Positions 1 through 10,656 of a DNA stretch of 64,000 nucleotides are shown here, piece by piece. The position numbers and the translations under genes are program-made. The notes beneath the pieces are model-generated. The model was not told where the DNA came from and did not search any database. It was given only the letters and a program-made list of their open reading frames with translations. Each line of letters opens with the position of its first letter. Position 1 is the stretch's first letter. The DNA lies in NCBI GenBank assembly GCA_963706325.1, contig CAVPLT010000004.1, forward strand, positions 384,001 through 448,000, in the 5' to 3' direction. This DNA is from an uncultured Nitrospiraceae bacterium. GTDB taxonomy: Bacteria; Nitrospirota; Nitrospiria; Nitrospirales; Nitrospiraceae.

Positions 1-312
1 GTGAAGCGCATCATTACCTCGGGCGGGCTCTATGTCAGAGGCAGCAATCTTCACTTCATTTTGGGAAATTGGCAGACGGTGTATGGAATCCCGGCTTACG
101 GCATGATCTACGATCGGCGCTACCCCATGAATCCCATTGTCTCCAAAGGATTCGATTTATTCTTCGATCTCGACGAGGCCCTGATTCGTCAGGGTAGCAG
201 TCTGTGGGACTCTCTTTTGGCCAACACCAAAGACGAAATCGTCATTGACCTCGACAAAGTTTTTCCCGGCCACCCCATTGAGCCACTGCCGGTGCAAGCA
301 GCAGAACGCTGA
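1..312 (+). CDS. Hypothetical protein, C-terminal part (5' end outside the window)
   Basis: Open frame from base 1 to TGA at 310-312; loosely resembles the lipoprotein at 62449-63183. Confidence 0.6.
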   Translation: MKRIITSGGLYVRGSNLHFILGNWQTVYGIPAYGMIYDRRYPMNPIVSKGFDLFFDLDEALIRQGSSLWDSLLANTKDEIVIDLDKVFPGHPIEPLPVQAAER

Positions 313-341
313 ATCTTTCTGGCTGGCTTTGAAGGAATACC

Positions 342-1781
342 TTAGTTAGGGGTCTCATGCGGGCTCTCCGTACGACCGAGGGTCGCAATCGGACCGCCGG
401 CTGCGGTGGAGCGGCTCAATAAGAGAATCCGGCCGGTATCGTCGCCCTGAGACGTGTAGGCCAGCGTGACCTCCGCAATCTTGTAATCGTATTGCATCTC
501 AGCTAAGCGTGTTTGCGCCGCCGTGACCGCCACTTCCGACTGGGTCACTTCCACCACTGTTCCCAGCCCCAATTTGTACCGCTGCTTTGAAAGTTGTAAC
601 GCTTCTTCGGCGGTTCTCATCTGTTCCTCCGCCAATTTGATTTGTTGGGCGAACGTGACGGTATCGAGGTAGGCGTTGGTGACCTGCTGGGTCAGCGCCT
701 GTTCGATGTTGCTGGTCGCGGCCGATGCCGCTTGGCGATTGGCGGTCGCCTCAACAACTTGGTTCTCGATCAAAAATCCCGTGAATAGGGGCATGGAGAC
801 CAAGGCGCCGGCCATCCACCATCCTCCGGTTTGCTGGTTCTGCCGTGGATCGAAGGGATCGAAGGTGCCGCCGCTGGCGATGGCCGACACCGTCGGCAGG
901 TACTGGCGTTTGGTCGCAGTCAGTCTCGCATCGGCGGAAGCGGTCTGTTCTTTTGCGCGTTTCACTTCCGGGTGTGACAGACTCTCATTGATCAGACTCT
1001 CCAAGGTTTTCTGCGGTCGCACGTCCACGGAGATGTTCTCAAGCACATAGTCGTCCGTCCCGGCAATGCCCATGGTCCGATTTAAATCGGCGAAGCTGGA
1101 TTTCAAATCGTTCCGGCTCCGTACTAATAAAGATTGCGCATTCACGAGCTCGACATAGGCCAGATCGAAATCAAGCTTGGACTTCAGTTGCTGACGATAG
1201 AGCGTTTCAATCTGGGCGGCGATTTGACCGCGTTCGCGGACTGTTTCTTCCGCAATCTGCACCAACCGACGCCGCTTCAAGCCGGTCAGATAGGCGCGTT
1301 GCACGTACAGCAGCACCAGGGCGCGCCTCGCGCTGACATCCTGCCCCAGCGCGCGCTCGGCCAGTTTGTTCGACTCGATCAAGTTGCTGGTATACCCGAA
1401 ATCGTAAATGCGTTGGTTGGCGATCACGCCGCCGGTAAAGGTGGATTGGTTTTCCCGAAGTAGACCGCCGCCCACAAGGAAGCGAGGGTTGCTGACGCCG
1501 GCGCCCGCTACGGTGTTGGCGTTGGCGTAGACCTGGGGATAATAGAGGGAGCGCGCCTGTTCGGTGCGGGCTTCCGATGCTTTGAGGTTAGCGGCGCCTT
1601 CTAAAAGCATCGGGTGATTCTTGACCGCAATCTCGACGGCCTGCTGTACGCCGAGAAAACTGCCGTGAGATAACGCGACTGGCCTGTCAGCCTCGGCAGC
1701 CTGCGAGGCGGAGGCAAGGGCTTGCGCCACAGCCAGAACGACCATCGTCATGTATGTGGTCCGATGCAACGAGCGTCTCAT
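342..1781 (-). CDS. TolC-family outer membrane efflux protein
   Basis: Signal peptide, two OEP repeats (YYPQVYA; YLPTVSA...RYKLGLGTVVEV), last gene of the RND operon. Confidence 0.92.
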   Translation of the reverse strand: MRRSLHRTTYMTMVVLAVAQALASASQAAEADRPVALSHGSFLGVQQAVEIAVKNHPMLLEGAANLKASEARTEQARSLYYPQVYANANTVAGAGVSNPRFLVGGGLLRENQSTFTGGVIANQRIYDFGYTSNLIESNKLAERALGQDVSARRALVLLYVQRAYLTGLKRRRLVQIAEETVRERGQIAAQIETLYRQQLKSKLDFDLAYVELVNAQSLLVRSRNDLKSSFADLNRTMGIAGTDDYVLENISVDVRPQKTLESLINESLSHPEVKRAKEQTASADARLTATKRQYLPTVSAIASGGTFDPFDPRQNQQTGGWWMAGALVSMPLFTGFLIENQVVEATANRQAASAATSNIEQALTQQVTNAYLDTVTFAQQIKLAEEQMRTAEEALQLSKQRYKLGLGTVVEVTQSEVAVTAAQTRLAEMQYDYKIAEVTLAYTSQGDDTGRILLLSRSTAAGGPIATLGRTESPHETPN

Positions 1782-1792
1782 GGGTGGTCTCC

Positions 1793-3082
1793 CTATTTCT
1801 TTTGTGTTGAGGGCGATGAGGTCTCGGCGGTCGAGCGTGGCGGGGGGCCGCCGGGCCCGCGCCGTTCGAATTTCTGTTTTGACAGCGTGGCCTCAGGCAA
1901 ATTGAACGGCGACACCCGGACCGGTGTGCCTTCCAAAAGTTTGCGTTTGCCGACGACGACGATGTCCTCATCGCCTCGCAAGCCGGAGGTGATTTCGATC
2001 CAACGGCCGTCGCTGATGCCGGTCTGTACTGGCACCGACGTGGCCTTGCCCTGTTCGACGATGAAAACGGATTTGCCCTTTTGCGTGCTGATCACCGCCT
2101 GGGGGGGCACGACCAACGCTTGCGGAATCTCCCGTAACCCGAGCGACACCTGGGCGAAGGTGCCGGGCCTGAGCGCGTGGTCAGCGTTGGGGAGATCAAT
2201 TTCAATCAGCAGGCTGCGGGTTGCGGGATCAAGCGCAAGCGTCGAGCGGGTGATGGTGCCGGTAAAAGATCGCGCGGGCAATTCCGTGACCTCGACCGAG
2301 GCTCTGGTCTTGCCGGGAACAATCCAGGGGCTGTCGTCTTGCGGCACGTTGGCATAGACGCGGACGGTGTCGAGGTCCATGATCGTGAACAGCGGGAGTG
2401 CCGTGGTGGCCGACGACGTGGCGATCTGAATCAACGCGCCGGGATCGGCAAAACGCGCGGTGACGATGCCGCCGTAGGGCGCGCGCACTTTGGTGTAGTC
2501 GCGCATGATCACGCGCTGCTCCATGAGATGCCTGGCCCCTTGGTACGTGGCTTCGGCGACGTCGACATCCTGCTTGGCGATGACATCCGGCGATTCATTC
2601 CAGACCTTGGCCAGACGCTCATAGGTCAATTTCTTGATCTTGAAGTCCGACACCGCCTGCTGATACTGCTCTTCCACTTCCGGCGCGTCGATGATCGCCA
2701 CAACTTGATTTTTGCTCACCCGGTCGCCCTTGTCGGGGCCGATCCATTTTAGATACCCGGAAACCTTGGCGTACAGGGTGGTTTGGTAGAACGGCGAAAT
2801 GTTCGCCGGGAGGGTAATCGTGTACACCAGGTCGCGCCTGGTCGCTTTTGCGGCCTGCACGTCAACCGGCTCGCTATCGGGTAGCGCGAGCGTTTCCTCG
2901 ACCGGCAGGGGCGCGGCACCGGCTGTGGGGGAGCCAGCGGGAACCGGCTGTCCGACCTCGTGGATGGTGCGCCAATAGAGGAGTCCGCCGATCACCAGGG
3001 CGAGCACGATCGCGATGCCGATCCAGCGGGCGGTCCGACCTGTGCCCCTGATCGGGCGGGGAGTCGTTGACGGTTCGTCCAT
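1793..3082 (-). CDS. RND efflux periplasmic adaptor (membrane fusion protein)
   Basis: N-terminal TM helix, AKVSGYL...GDRV lipoyl-like half, RAPYGGIVT, LDPATRS, LRPG; ATG at 3082 overlaps the RND stop (TAATG). Confidence 0.92.
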   Translation of the reverse strand: MDEPSTTPRPIRGTGRTARWIGIAIVLALVIGGLLYWRTIHEVGQPVPAGSPTAGAAPLPVEETLALPDSEPVDVQAAKATRRDLVYTITLPANISPFYQTTLYAKVSGYLKWIGPDKGDRVSKNQVVAIIDAPEVEEQYQQAVSDFKIKKLTYERLAKVWNESPDVIAKQDVDVAEATYQGARHLMEQRVIMRDYTKVRAPYGGIVTARFADPGALIQIATSSATTALPLFTIMDLDTVRVYANVPQDDSPWIVPGKTRASVEVTELPARSFTGTITRSTLALDPATRSLLIEIDLPNADHALRPGTFAQVSLGLREIPQALVVPPQAVISTQKGKSVFIVEQGKATSVPVQTGISDGRWIEITSGLRGDEDIVVVGKRKLLEGTPVRVSPFNLPEATLSKQKFERRGPGGPPPRSTAETSSPSTQKK

Positions 3083-6000
3083 TAAATTTCCTCCGAGGTC
3101 GCGCCGACCGTCGATGAGCGCGGTACACGTTCGCGGCGATAAAGCACGAGACAATGCAGCACCGGCACAACGAGCAGTGTCATGATCGTACTCACCGCCA
3201 ACCCGCCGACCACGGCACGCGCCAAGGGCACCATGGTTTCGTTCCCTTCACCGAAACCGAGCGCCAGCGGTAAGAGACCGAGAATCGTGGCCAGCGCGGT
3301 CATCAGAATCGGCCGGATACGTCGACGACCTGCTTCCAACACGGCATGTTCAGCCGTGGCTCCATGACGGACCATGCGATTCGCGAAATCCACGAGCAAG
3401 ATGCTGTTCGACACCACGATACCCATCATCATGAGCGTGCCGATCATCGATTCGACGTTCACCGAGGTGTTCGTCAAATGCAGGGTCAAGACCGTACCAA
3501 TCCATCCCAGCGGCACGGCCACTAGAATGATCAACGGATCGATGAAGGATCGAAACAATGCGACCATGACCAGGTAGATCAGCACCACGGCAAGGGGCAA
3601 AGCCAGCGCGAAATTCTGGATGGCTCCGCGCATGTTAGCCACTTCCCCGCGTAGCTGCACGGTCACGTCTTTGGGCAAAGTGACACCGGCCAATGTGTGT
3701 TCGATGTCTTTGGCGACCCGGCCGAGGTCGTTTCCGACCGGGGTTACCAGCACGTTGATCAAGCGCGACAAATCATAATGGTCCACAGAATCGGGGCCGG
3801 TTTTGAATTTCAGCGAAGCCACGTCCCGCAATAGAAGCGGCGGCCCGCGCCGATCGTCGCCCGACGCGTAATAGCCGCTCGTGAGTTCCATCTGCCGACC
3901 GGCGAACGGCGTGTTCTGCAATGCCAAGGTCGAACCTTGCATGCCGCCGCCCGTGAGGCTGGCGGTCGGCAATAATGGCGTCCGTGCGCCGATGATGGGA
4001 ATATTCAGCAAGTCTTCGGTCGTGGTCAGAGATTGTTCAGGATATTGCGCCAGCAGGAAATACCCGTTCGCGGTCTTCGGGTCCAGCCAATAGTTTGGAG
4101 AAAGAGCGAGATTCGAGCTAATGCCGGTGATCACGTCGACGACAACACGGTTCTGGTTAATACCGTAATAGGCGGCTTTGGTCCGATCCACATCGATGTG
4201 CAATTCGGGATAACTTTTCCCCTGCTTGATGCGCACGTCGACGGTATTGGGGACCTGGGCGATTCGTTGCTGGATTTGTTCTGCTACCGGCCTGATGATA
4301 TCGAGGCTGGGGCCCTTCACTTGAATATCAATCGGCGCCTTCAGACCAAAGTTCAACACATCGCCGATGATGCCGCCGGTTTGGAATGCGACTTCTACAC
4401 CGGGAAGATCCGACTGGAGTTTTTGACGTAATGCCGCAATGTAATCTTCGGTGCGACCTTCGTGGCCGGTCAGTAGATTCACGAGGATAAAGGCCGTATG
4501 GTTCCCTGTGTTCGGCGCGAACCGCGCGGCATCTCCGAAATAGAGACCAGTGTTGGAGATGACCTCTTCCAAGTCCGACTTCGGAATAACCTCCTGCACC
4601 AACCCTTCGATTTGCGTCACGATGGCTGTGGTCTTCTCGATCCGCGATCCTTCGGGAGCTGTGACCAGCATCGTGAAATTGCCTGCGTCGATTTTGGGAA
4701 AGAACTCGGTATGGAGGTGAGGGATCAATAACAGGCCTGTGCCGAGCAAGGCGATGGCGGCGAGACCAATGACAACCGCCTTGAAGCGTACACCCGCCTG
4801 TAGCAACGGGTCGTAGACCGCCAGCACATACCGAAACCAGCCTTGATTAGCCGACGACTCTTCTTCAGCTTTTTTGCCGTGGCCGACTCGGTAGAGCCAA
4901 GCCAGCAAAACGGGCGTGACCGACATGGAGACGACATAGTCCGCCAGCATGGCGAAGGCGACCGTCATCGCCAGCGGCACGAAGAGGTACTTGACGATGC
5001 CGGTAAAAAACATGATGGGCAGGTACACGATCAGGATGCAAATGGTCGCGACGAGAATCGGCAGCGTGAGTTCCGTGGCGCTATCCTCCGCCGCCGAGCG
5101 CCCATCTTTGCCCATCTCCAAGTGGCGGTGGAGGTTTTCCTGCACCACGATATTGTTATCGAGCAAGGTCCCGATGACTAGCGCCAGTCCGCCCAGAGTC
5201 ATGATGTTCACGCTTTGCCCGGTCAGATAGAGCGCGACGAGTGCAGCGGTGAGCGAAAGGGGAATCGCCAGGCCTACCACCAGCGCCGCCTTCACGCTCG
5301 CCAAGAAGATGAAAATCATCAAGCCGGCGAGTCCGGCGCCGAGCAGACCTTCTTTCTGCAAGTTGGCGATGGCCTGGCGGATGTACAACGACTGGTCATA
5401 CAGAAACTTCACCGTGGTGCCGGATGGAATTTCCGTGAGCTTCGTGAGCTTGGCGCGGATGCCGTCGGTGACCTCCAGCGTGTTGGCGCCTTCCTGCCTG
5501 GTTATCGGAATGTAGGTTGCTTCGCGACCGTTCACCCGCACGATCGAGGTCTGGACCGCGGCGCTGTCGGCGGCGGTGCCGATGTCACGGATCAGCACCG
5601 GGGTCCCATTCACAATCTTGATCGGTATGTCGTTGATCTTGTCCACCACGTCGATGAGGCTGTTGGAATAAACGAAATAGTCGAGGTCCCCGAGTTTGAC
5701 GTTGCCGGCCGGAATGATCGCACTTTGCGAATTGAGCGCCGTCACCACATCGGATGGAGAGATCCCCCGCGCGAGCAGTCGTTGCTGATCGAGAAAGACG
5801 GTGATCTGCCGGACTTTTCCACCCAGCGGAGGGCCGAAGGAAATCCCGGGGACGCTGGCGATTTGCCCCCGCACCGTGAAGTAGGCCAAATCGCGGATTT
5901 CCTTCGCGCCCAGTGAATCGCTGGCCACGGAGAGTAGCCCGATCGGAAGGCTGGACACGCCGAACTTGAACACGGAAGGAGGATAGACGCCGGGTGGCAA

Positions 6001-6351
6001 GGTTCGAATCACGCTATAGGCCAGGCTCGTCAGCTCGGATTGGGCCGCATCGATACCGTAGTCCGGTTGGAAAAAGACTTTGATATAGCTCATTCCGGCG
6101 AGCGATTGCGATTCGATGTGTTCGACGTAACTTGCCTCCACGAAGCGCTGTTCCAGCCGGAACGTGATGGCGCCTTCCATTTCACTCGGGCTCAGGCCTC
6201 GGTAAAACGTGGTGACGAGAATCGAGGGCAGTTTGATCTCGGGAAATATGTCTACCCGCATCTTCTGATACGAGACGCCTCCCAAGATCAACGCGATCAT
6301 GCAGAGCGCAAATACGGCGTAGGGATTTTTGAGAGCGGCGCGCGTCAGCAT
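3082..6351 (-). CDS. RND efflux permease (AcrB/CusA superfamily)
   Basis: 1089 aa; VDIFP, GTLLDNNIVVQEN, SNSILLVD and RPILMTALATILG motifs. Confidence 0.95.
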   Translation of the reverse strand: MLTRAALKNPYAVFALCMIALILGGVSYQKMRVDIFPEIKLPSILVTTFYRGLSPSEMEGAITFRLEQRFVEASYVEHIESQSLAGMSYIKVFFQPDYGIDAAQSELTSLAYSVIRTLPPGVYPPSVFKFGVSSLPIGLLSVASDSLGAKEIRDLAYFTVRGQIASVPGISFGPPLGGKVRQITVFLDQQRLLARGISPSDVVTALNSQSAIIPAGNVKLGDLDYFVYSNSLIDVVDKINDIPIKIVNGTPVLIRDIGTAADSAAVQTSIVRVNGREATYIPITRQEGANTLEVTDGIRAKLTKLTEIPSGTTVKFLYDQSLYIRQAIANLQKEGLLGAGLAGLMIFIFLASVKAALVVGLAIPLSLTAALVALYLTGQSVNIMTLGGLALVIGTLLDNNIVVQENLHRHLEMGKDGRSAAEDSATELTLPILVATICILIVYLPIMFFTGIVKYLFVPLAMTVAFAMLADYVVSMSVTPVLLAWLYRVGHGKKAEEESSANQGWFRYVLAVYDPLLQAGVRFKAVVIGLAAIALLGTGLLLIPHLHTEFFPKIDAGNFTMLVTAPEGSRIEKTTAIVTQIEGLVQEVIPKSDLEEVISNTGLYFGDAARFAPNTGNHTAFILVNLLTGHEGRTEDYIAALRQKLQSDLPGVEVAFQTGGIIGDVLNFGLKAPIDIQVKGPSLDIIRPVAEQIQQRIAQVPNTVDVRIKQGKSYPELHIDVDRTKAAYYGINQNRVVVDVITGISSNLALSPNYWLDPKTANGYFLLAQYPEQSLTTTEDLLNIPIIGARTPLLPTASLTGGGMQGSTLALQNTPFAGRQMELTSGYYASGDDRRGPPLLLRDVASLKFKTGPDSVDHYDLSRLINVLVTPVGNDLGRVAKDIEHTLAGVTLPKDVTVQLRGEVANMRGAIQNFALALPLAVVLIYLVMVALFRSFIDPLIILVAVPLGWIGTVLTLHLTNTSVNVESMIGTLMMMGIVVSNSILLVDFANRMVRHGATAEHAVLEAGRRRIRPILMTALATILGLLPLALGFGEGNETMVPLARAVVGGLAVSTIMTLLVVPVLHCLVLYRRERVPRSSTVGATSEEI

Positions 6352-6776
6352 GAGGGGATTGCCATTCGCTGGGTGCAGTTATGTTCGATCCAGAATTTCC
6401 AAAGATGCAGGGACAGGGTCACAAGGTCGTCAAAACGGTCGGGCTTTACTACGTAACCGTTCGCCCCCGCTTGGTAGCAGGCGCGAATATCCAGGGTGTC
6501 GTCGGAGCTCGTAAGCATCACGATCGGAATATGCCCGTAACGCGGATTCTGCTTGAGCTGCCTCAGCACATCGACACCGCGTTCGCCCTGCAATTTAAGA
6601 TCGAGCACAATGAGCGCCGGCTCACTGCTTTGGGGGAGCAAGTTAAGTTGCGTCAACGCGCCCAGATGGTCGTGCGTTACTTCCAAGCGGCCCTGGTACC
6701 CCGCCTGCGTCAGCGCCTGGCGAAGCAGTTCGCACTCGCCGGGGCTATCGTCGATGAGGAGAATGGTTGAAAGCAT
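6345..6776 (-). CDS. Single-domain response regulator (Rcp1-like)
   Basis: ILLIDD, IVLDLKL, MLTSS, GANGYVVKP; its stop overlaps the RND start. Confidence 0.88.
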   Translation of the reverse strand: MLSTILLIDDSPGECELLRQALTQAGYQGRLEVTHDHLGALTQLNLLPQSSEPALIVLDLKLQGERGVDVLRQLKQNPRYGHIPIVMLTSSDDTLDIRACYQAGANGYVVKPDRFDDLVTLSLHLWKFWIEHNCTQRMAIPSC

Positions 6777-6931
6777 GGCACACGAGTCCAATGATTCTGA
6801 TAGGAAAGAGAGCAGGAATTATGCCGGAGAAGATCTCGAGTGCAGCATCCCCAAATTGCCGAGAAGTGCCACTTAATTTTGCAAGTCCTGGTGTGAAGGC
6901 GACTAGGACGCCTTGTTAGTCGACGCGGAGG

Positions 6932-6967
6932 CTGGAGAAATGCCCTAGACCTAGGGAGTTTCTCCAG
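6932..6967. promoter_or_regulatory. Nested palindrome in the divergent intergenic region
   Basis: CTGGAGAAA-tg-CCCTAG-ac-CTAGGG-ag-TTTCTCCAG. Confidence 0.4.
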
Positions 6968-7199
6968 AGCATCGCCCGCCCGACCAAGTTGCCTTCGTCG
7001 CCAGCTTTTCCACTCCATCATCGTCGTCGCCAACTAGGACGATGCGGCCGTGGGGTCACCCTTAAGCCGATGTGACGCCGGCGGTCCAAGCTCCGGCACC
7101 CATGCTTCCGATCAGTCCTACAAGGCGAGAACAAACCATAAACAGCTTTCTCCGCCCCCCTAGGGAAACCCCTATTTTCCATGAACCTTGAAATAGTTC

Positions 7200-7718
7200 A
7201 TGGTAGATGTCCTAGGACCATCAGTCTTGGATAAAAACATCGACATTGAACAGGATCTGCCCTTTCAATACCGCCAGTGGCGACTGGAGCGGTTCGGGCA
7301 GGTTTTGATCGCATGCCTCATCATCGCCGCGCTTCTCGGCCTCTTTGGGCATAGCCCTCTTTCCACCGCGACCGAGCGGACCGCAGACGGACGCCTTTCG
7401 ATTCACTATGATCGTTTCGCTCGCATTGAAAGCAACAGCGATGTGCTGGTGACGCTCGAACCAGGTGAATCCGGGGAAGCAGTGGTTCGCTTATGGCTGG
7501 ATCAGGACTATCTTGATGCATTCAAAGTGACAGCCGTTTCACCTATACCTGTTCGGGGCGAGGCGCGCGACGGTGGCCGGGCGTTTGTTTTTCAGACCGA
7601 CGGTAGTCGGTTCACGGCAGTCTTATCGGGTCAATTCCAGGCCATCGGGATGGTGCACGGCAGCGTGAAGGTCGACGAAGGAGAGCCGCTCGCCATGACA
7701 CATTTCGTGTGGCCGTAG
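7200..7718 (+). CDS. Conserved hypothetical membrane-anchored protein
   Basis: One TM helix (W..ER.G...LLGLFG), then a beta-rich domain; directly upstream of the DUF421 gene. Confidence 0.75.
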   Translation: MVDVLGPSVLDKNIDIEQDLPFQYRQWRLERFGQVLIACLIIAALLGLFGHSPLSTATERTADGRLSIHYDRFARIESNSDVLVTLEPGESGEAVVRLWLDQDYLDAFKVTAVSPIPVRGEARDGGRAFVFQTDGSRFTAVLSGQFQAIGMVHGSVKVDEGEPLAMTHFVWP

Positions 7719-7730
7719 AAGGAGGAGCGC

Positions 7731-8177
7731 ATGGACGCCATTGTAAGAGGTCTCATGGTGTATCTGTTCCTACTGATCCTTTTTCGCATTGCCGGCCGTC
7801 GTACTCTCGGCAATATCACGAACTTCGACTTCGTGCTCCTGTTGATCATCAGCGAGGCCACGCAGAATGCCATGATCGGAAACGATTATTCGGTGACGAA
7901 CGGTTTCCTGGTTATTCTCACACTAGTCGGTCTCGACATAGTGCTTTCATTCATGAAACAGCGATTTCCAATCATGGAACGATATGTAGACGGGCTGCCA
8001 TTGGTCTTGGTCGACAAGGGCCGGCCGTTGAAGGAACTTATGAACCGAGCTCGGGTGGATGAGCAGGACATCCTCGCTTCCGCACGGGAGAAGCATGGCT
8101 TGGAGCGCATGGAGCAAATCAAGTATGCCATCCTGGAAACCAACGGCATGATTTCTATAATCCCAATGGGAGGATAA
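7731..8177 (+). CDS. DUF421/YetF-family membrane protein
   Basis: GRRTLG.IT.FDFVLLL, P..LV..G, AILETNG.ISII; RBS GGAGG. Confidence 0.9.
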   Translation: MDAIVRGLMVYLFLLILFRIAGRRTLGNITNFDFVLLLIISEATQNAMIGNDYSVTNGFLVILTLVGLDIVLSFMKQRFPIMERYVDGLPLVLVDKGRPLKELMNRARVDEQDILASAREKHGLERMEQIKYAILETNGMISIIPMGG

Positions 8178-8180
8178 TCG

Positions 8181-8486
8181 GTGTTCGCTCGACGTTCATG
8201 CAGGCTCTGGCGTTGGGGTTGTCTCTTGCTGCTCCCCCCTCTAGCTCTGCTAGGCTGTGTCCGTGCGCAACAAATGGCCGACGACGAGTTAGCCAATCGC
8301 ATCGATCAGGCGCTTCTGGCCTCCGACGAGTTGAATCTCAGCCGAATTGAAGTGAGCGTTGAATCGGGACTCGTCTATCTGAGCGGGATGTCAGACGATC
8401 ACGCTAGTAAGGTGCATGCAGAAAAAAAAGCGCAGGCGGTCCCCGGAGTCAAAACAATTATCAACAAAATCGAAGTGGACTTTTAG
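8181..8486 (+). CDS. BON-domain lipoprotein
   Basis: LLGC lipobox, D..LA..I...L, I.VSVESG.VYLSG, VPGVK.I.N. Confidence 0.85.
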   Translation: MFARRSCRLWRWGCLLLLPPLALLGCVRAQQMADDELANRIDQALLASDELNLSRIEVSVESGLVYLSGMSDDHASKVHAEKKAQAVPGVKTIINKIEVDF

Positions 8487-8547
8487 ACGCTGCAACTGCC
8501 GCTATGATACCTGTCACTTGGACGATAGTGATAGCGCCTATTACTCC

Positions 8548-9738
8548 ATGCAAGAAGATGTAGTCATAACCGGCGCCAGCGTCAAGCCTATCCTCGGCAA
8601 CCGGGCAAGATTACAGTGTTTGATCCTCTATTTCGTCATGGGCGGCCTTTTCCTTGAACCCGTGCAGGCTGCCGACCTCTGGCAATATGGGGGGTTTGTC
8701 GATGTCGGCTATCTGCAAAACTTCAATCATCCGGACAACCATCTGTGGAGAAGCAAGCAAACGTCACCTCGGACCAATGAACTAGCGCCCAATATGGGTC
8801 TTGTGTATCTACGCAAAGATCCAGCCGAGCAATCTCGATGGGGAATCGAAGTGGCATTGCAGGCCGGATACGACACCGACGACCTCGTTCCCGAGCCCCA
8901 ACCGGGCGGTCCTCAGCCGATTACCGGAGCAGATACCCTTCGACATCTCGCGCGCGCGAATGTCAGTTACCTGGCGCCCATCGGAGAGGGCGTCACCTTC
9001 ACCGCCGGATTGTTTAAGGGCGCCAAGTCCTACGAAGAGTTCTATGCGAAGTACAACCTGAACTACACTCGCGCTTACCTGACCGATTACAATCCGAACT
9101 TTCTGATTGGGTTCGGGGGGTCCTATCCAGTGACCAAATCATTGGAGCTGGGTCTCTATGTGGTCACTGAATATCTACATCTCTCGCACGCCAATGATCT
9201 CCCGAGCTATATCTCGAAGCTGGAATGGCGAGCGACCGACAATATGACGTTGTATCAAAGCGTCTACTACGGCCCGGACCAACAGGCCACTGCGATGCAA
9301 TATTGGCGGACGTTTGCTGATTCAACGGTGGAGTGGCGGACACCGGATTGGCGGGTGGCGCTCTCCTACGATGTCGGGACGGAGAAGGTGGCAGATGTCG
9401 GGGGCGCTCGAGCCACCTGGATGGGAGCCGCCCTGTTCACGCAACGTCACCTGACGGGTCCCTGGAGCGTTGCGGTGCGGCCGGAATTTTATTGGGATCC
9501 GCAAGGGCGGATGACGGAGCACGAGCAACTCATCTGGGCGAACACGACCACGCTCGAGTACAAAAAGCATCTGGGCCGACAGTTGGTCATTGTTCGGATG
9601 GAGCATCGGTACGACCATTCAAACGGGTCGCAAGGCGGGTTTTTTCGTGACGGCTTATCCGGGCCTGGTATGCCGGGACTGACCGCGGGTCAGCACCTGG
9701 CGATCCTGGGAGTGATCTGGGCGTTTGACTCGGGGTAG
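8548..9738 (+). CDS. Outer membrane beta-barrel porin-like protein (start uncertain)
   Basis: GGFVDVGY..NFN.P N-terminal motif, amphipathic beta strands, aromatic C-terminal strand. Confidence 0.75.
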   Translation: MQEDVVITGASVKPILGNRARLQCLILYFVMGGLFLEPVQAADLWQYGGFVDVGYLQNFNHPDNHLWRSKQTSPRTNELAPNMGLVYLRKDPAEQSRWGIEVALQAGYDTDDLVPEPQPGGPQPITGADTLRHLARANVSYLAPIGEGVTFTAGLFKGAKSYEEFYAKYNLNYTRAYLTDYNPNFLIGFGGSYPVTKSLELGLYVVTEYLHLSHANDLPSYISKLEWRATDNMTLYQSVYYGPDQQATAMQYWRTFADSTVEWRTPDWRVALSYDVGTEKVADVGGARATWMGAALFTQRHLTGPWSVAVRPEFYWDPQGRMTEHEQLIWANTTTLEYKKHLGRQLVIVRMEHRYDHSNGSQGGFFRDGLSGPGMPGLTAGQHLAILGVIWAFDSG

Positions 9739-9820
9739 AGATGCAGAGGGTCAGCTGACCGGGTAAATCATTCGCGCATGAAAATGAGGATACATGTGTG
9801 CTACCGAGGGAGTGGATCCC

Positions 9821-10327
9821 TTAGGACCGAGATGCCGGTCTTTGTGATACTTCAAAGGTCCCGGTGCCGCATCCCAACCCTCCATATGTCATGCCGAAGA
9901 ACCCGCAATAGACGCCGGCTTTGAATGCCCAGTCGGCGCGCGTGGCGCTTTCAATCTGTCCGTCATGAACGAGGAAGGAGACGTATTGCGATCCGACCGG
10001 GACCATAGCGGGCAGGGGAATAATGACGACATACAGCACCATACCAGCCCATCGCAATCCGCTTGTCTTATAGACCCATTCCTCCCGGTGGTCGCCATAC
10101 GGCTCCACTCGATCCGGATAACCCCACCGTTGACGTAGCTCAGCAGCCGTTGTGATTGTCCCTTCGACTGCGATGGTGCGCACATCCAAGGATCCTCTGG
10201 TCTGATCAATTTTCGGATAATCGCTCGATTCACTGCGACTACCGAGCGTCCAGGCTCCAAGACCGATGCATCCTTGAAGCGCCATCGACGCGGCTATGAG
10301 CATGGCAAACCGTATGTCTATCTGCAT
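9821..10327 (-). CDS. Hypothetical lipoprotein
   Basis: LQGC lipobox; WG.PD...EEWVY (SmpA/OmlA-like) segment. Confidence 0.7.
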   Translation of the reverse strand: MQIDIRFAMLIAASMALQGCIGLGAWTLGSRSESSDYPKIDQTRGSLDVRTIAVEGTITTAAELRQRWGYPDRVEPYGDHREEWVYKTSGLRWAGMVLYVVIIPLPAMVPVGSQYVSFLVHDGQIESATRADWAFKAGVYCGFFGMTYGGLGCGTGTFEVSQRPASRS

Positions 10328-10656
10328 GGAGCCCTTTCTTTCCTGAGATGTCCTTGTCCGTGGATCCCGGTCCTCACCTCGCACGTCGAGCTAGAACCAG
10401 GACTGGGCGACGATCCGCAGCCTACTCAGATCTCTTTCGCAAAACAAGAAGGCGCTTGTCGTTATCGGAATCTCTGCCGAAGCATGGGAGGCCCTTCTCA
10501 TAGGGAGAACCACCTGCGGCCATGGCTCCTGTGTACTTGGCAACGATTCATGGATATGGATGCTCCATTACTGTAGACTACGTTCTCTCAGCTAGGAGCA
10601 ATGCGCGAACAATATAAATGAACGTGTCCGGTTCAGCATCATGAACGGAGAGCCTG

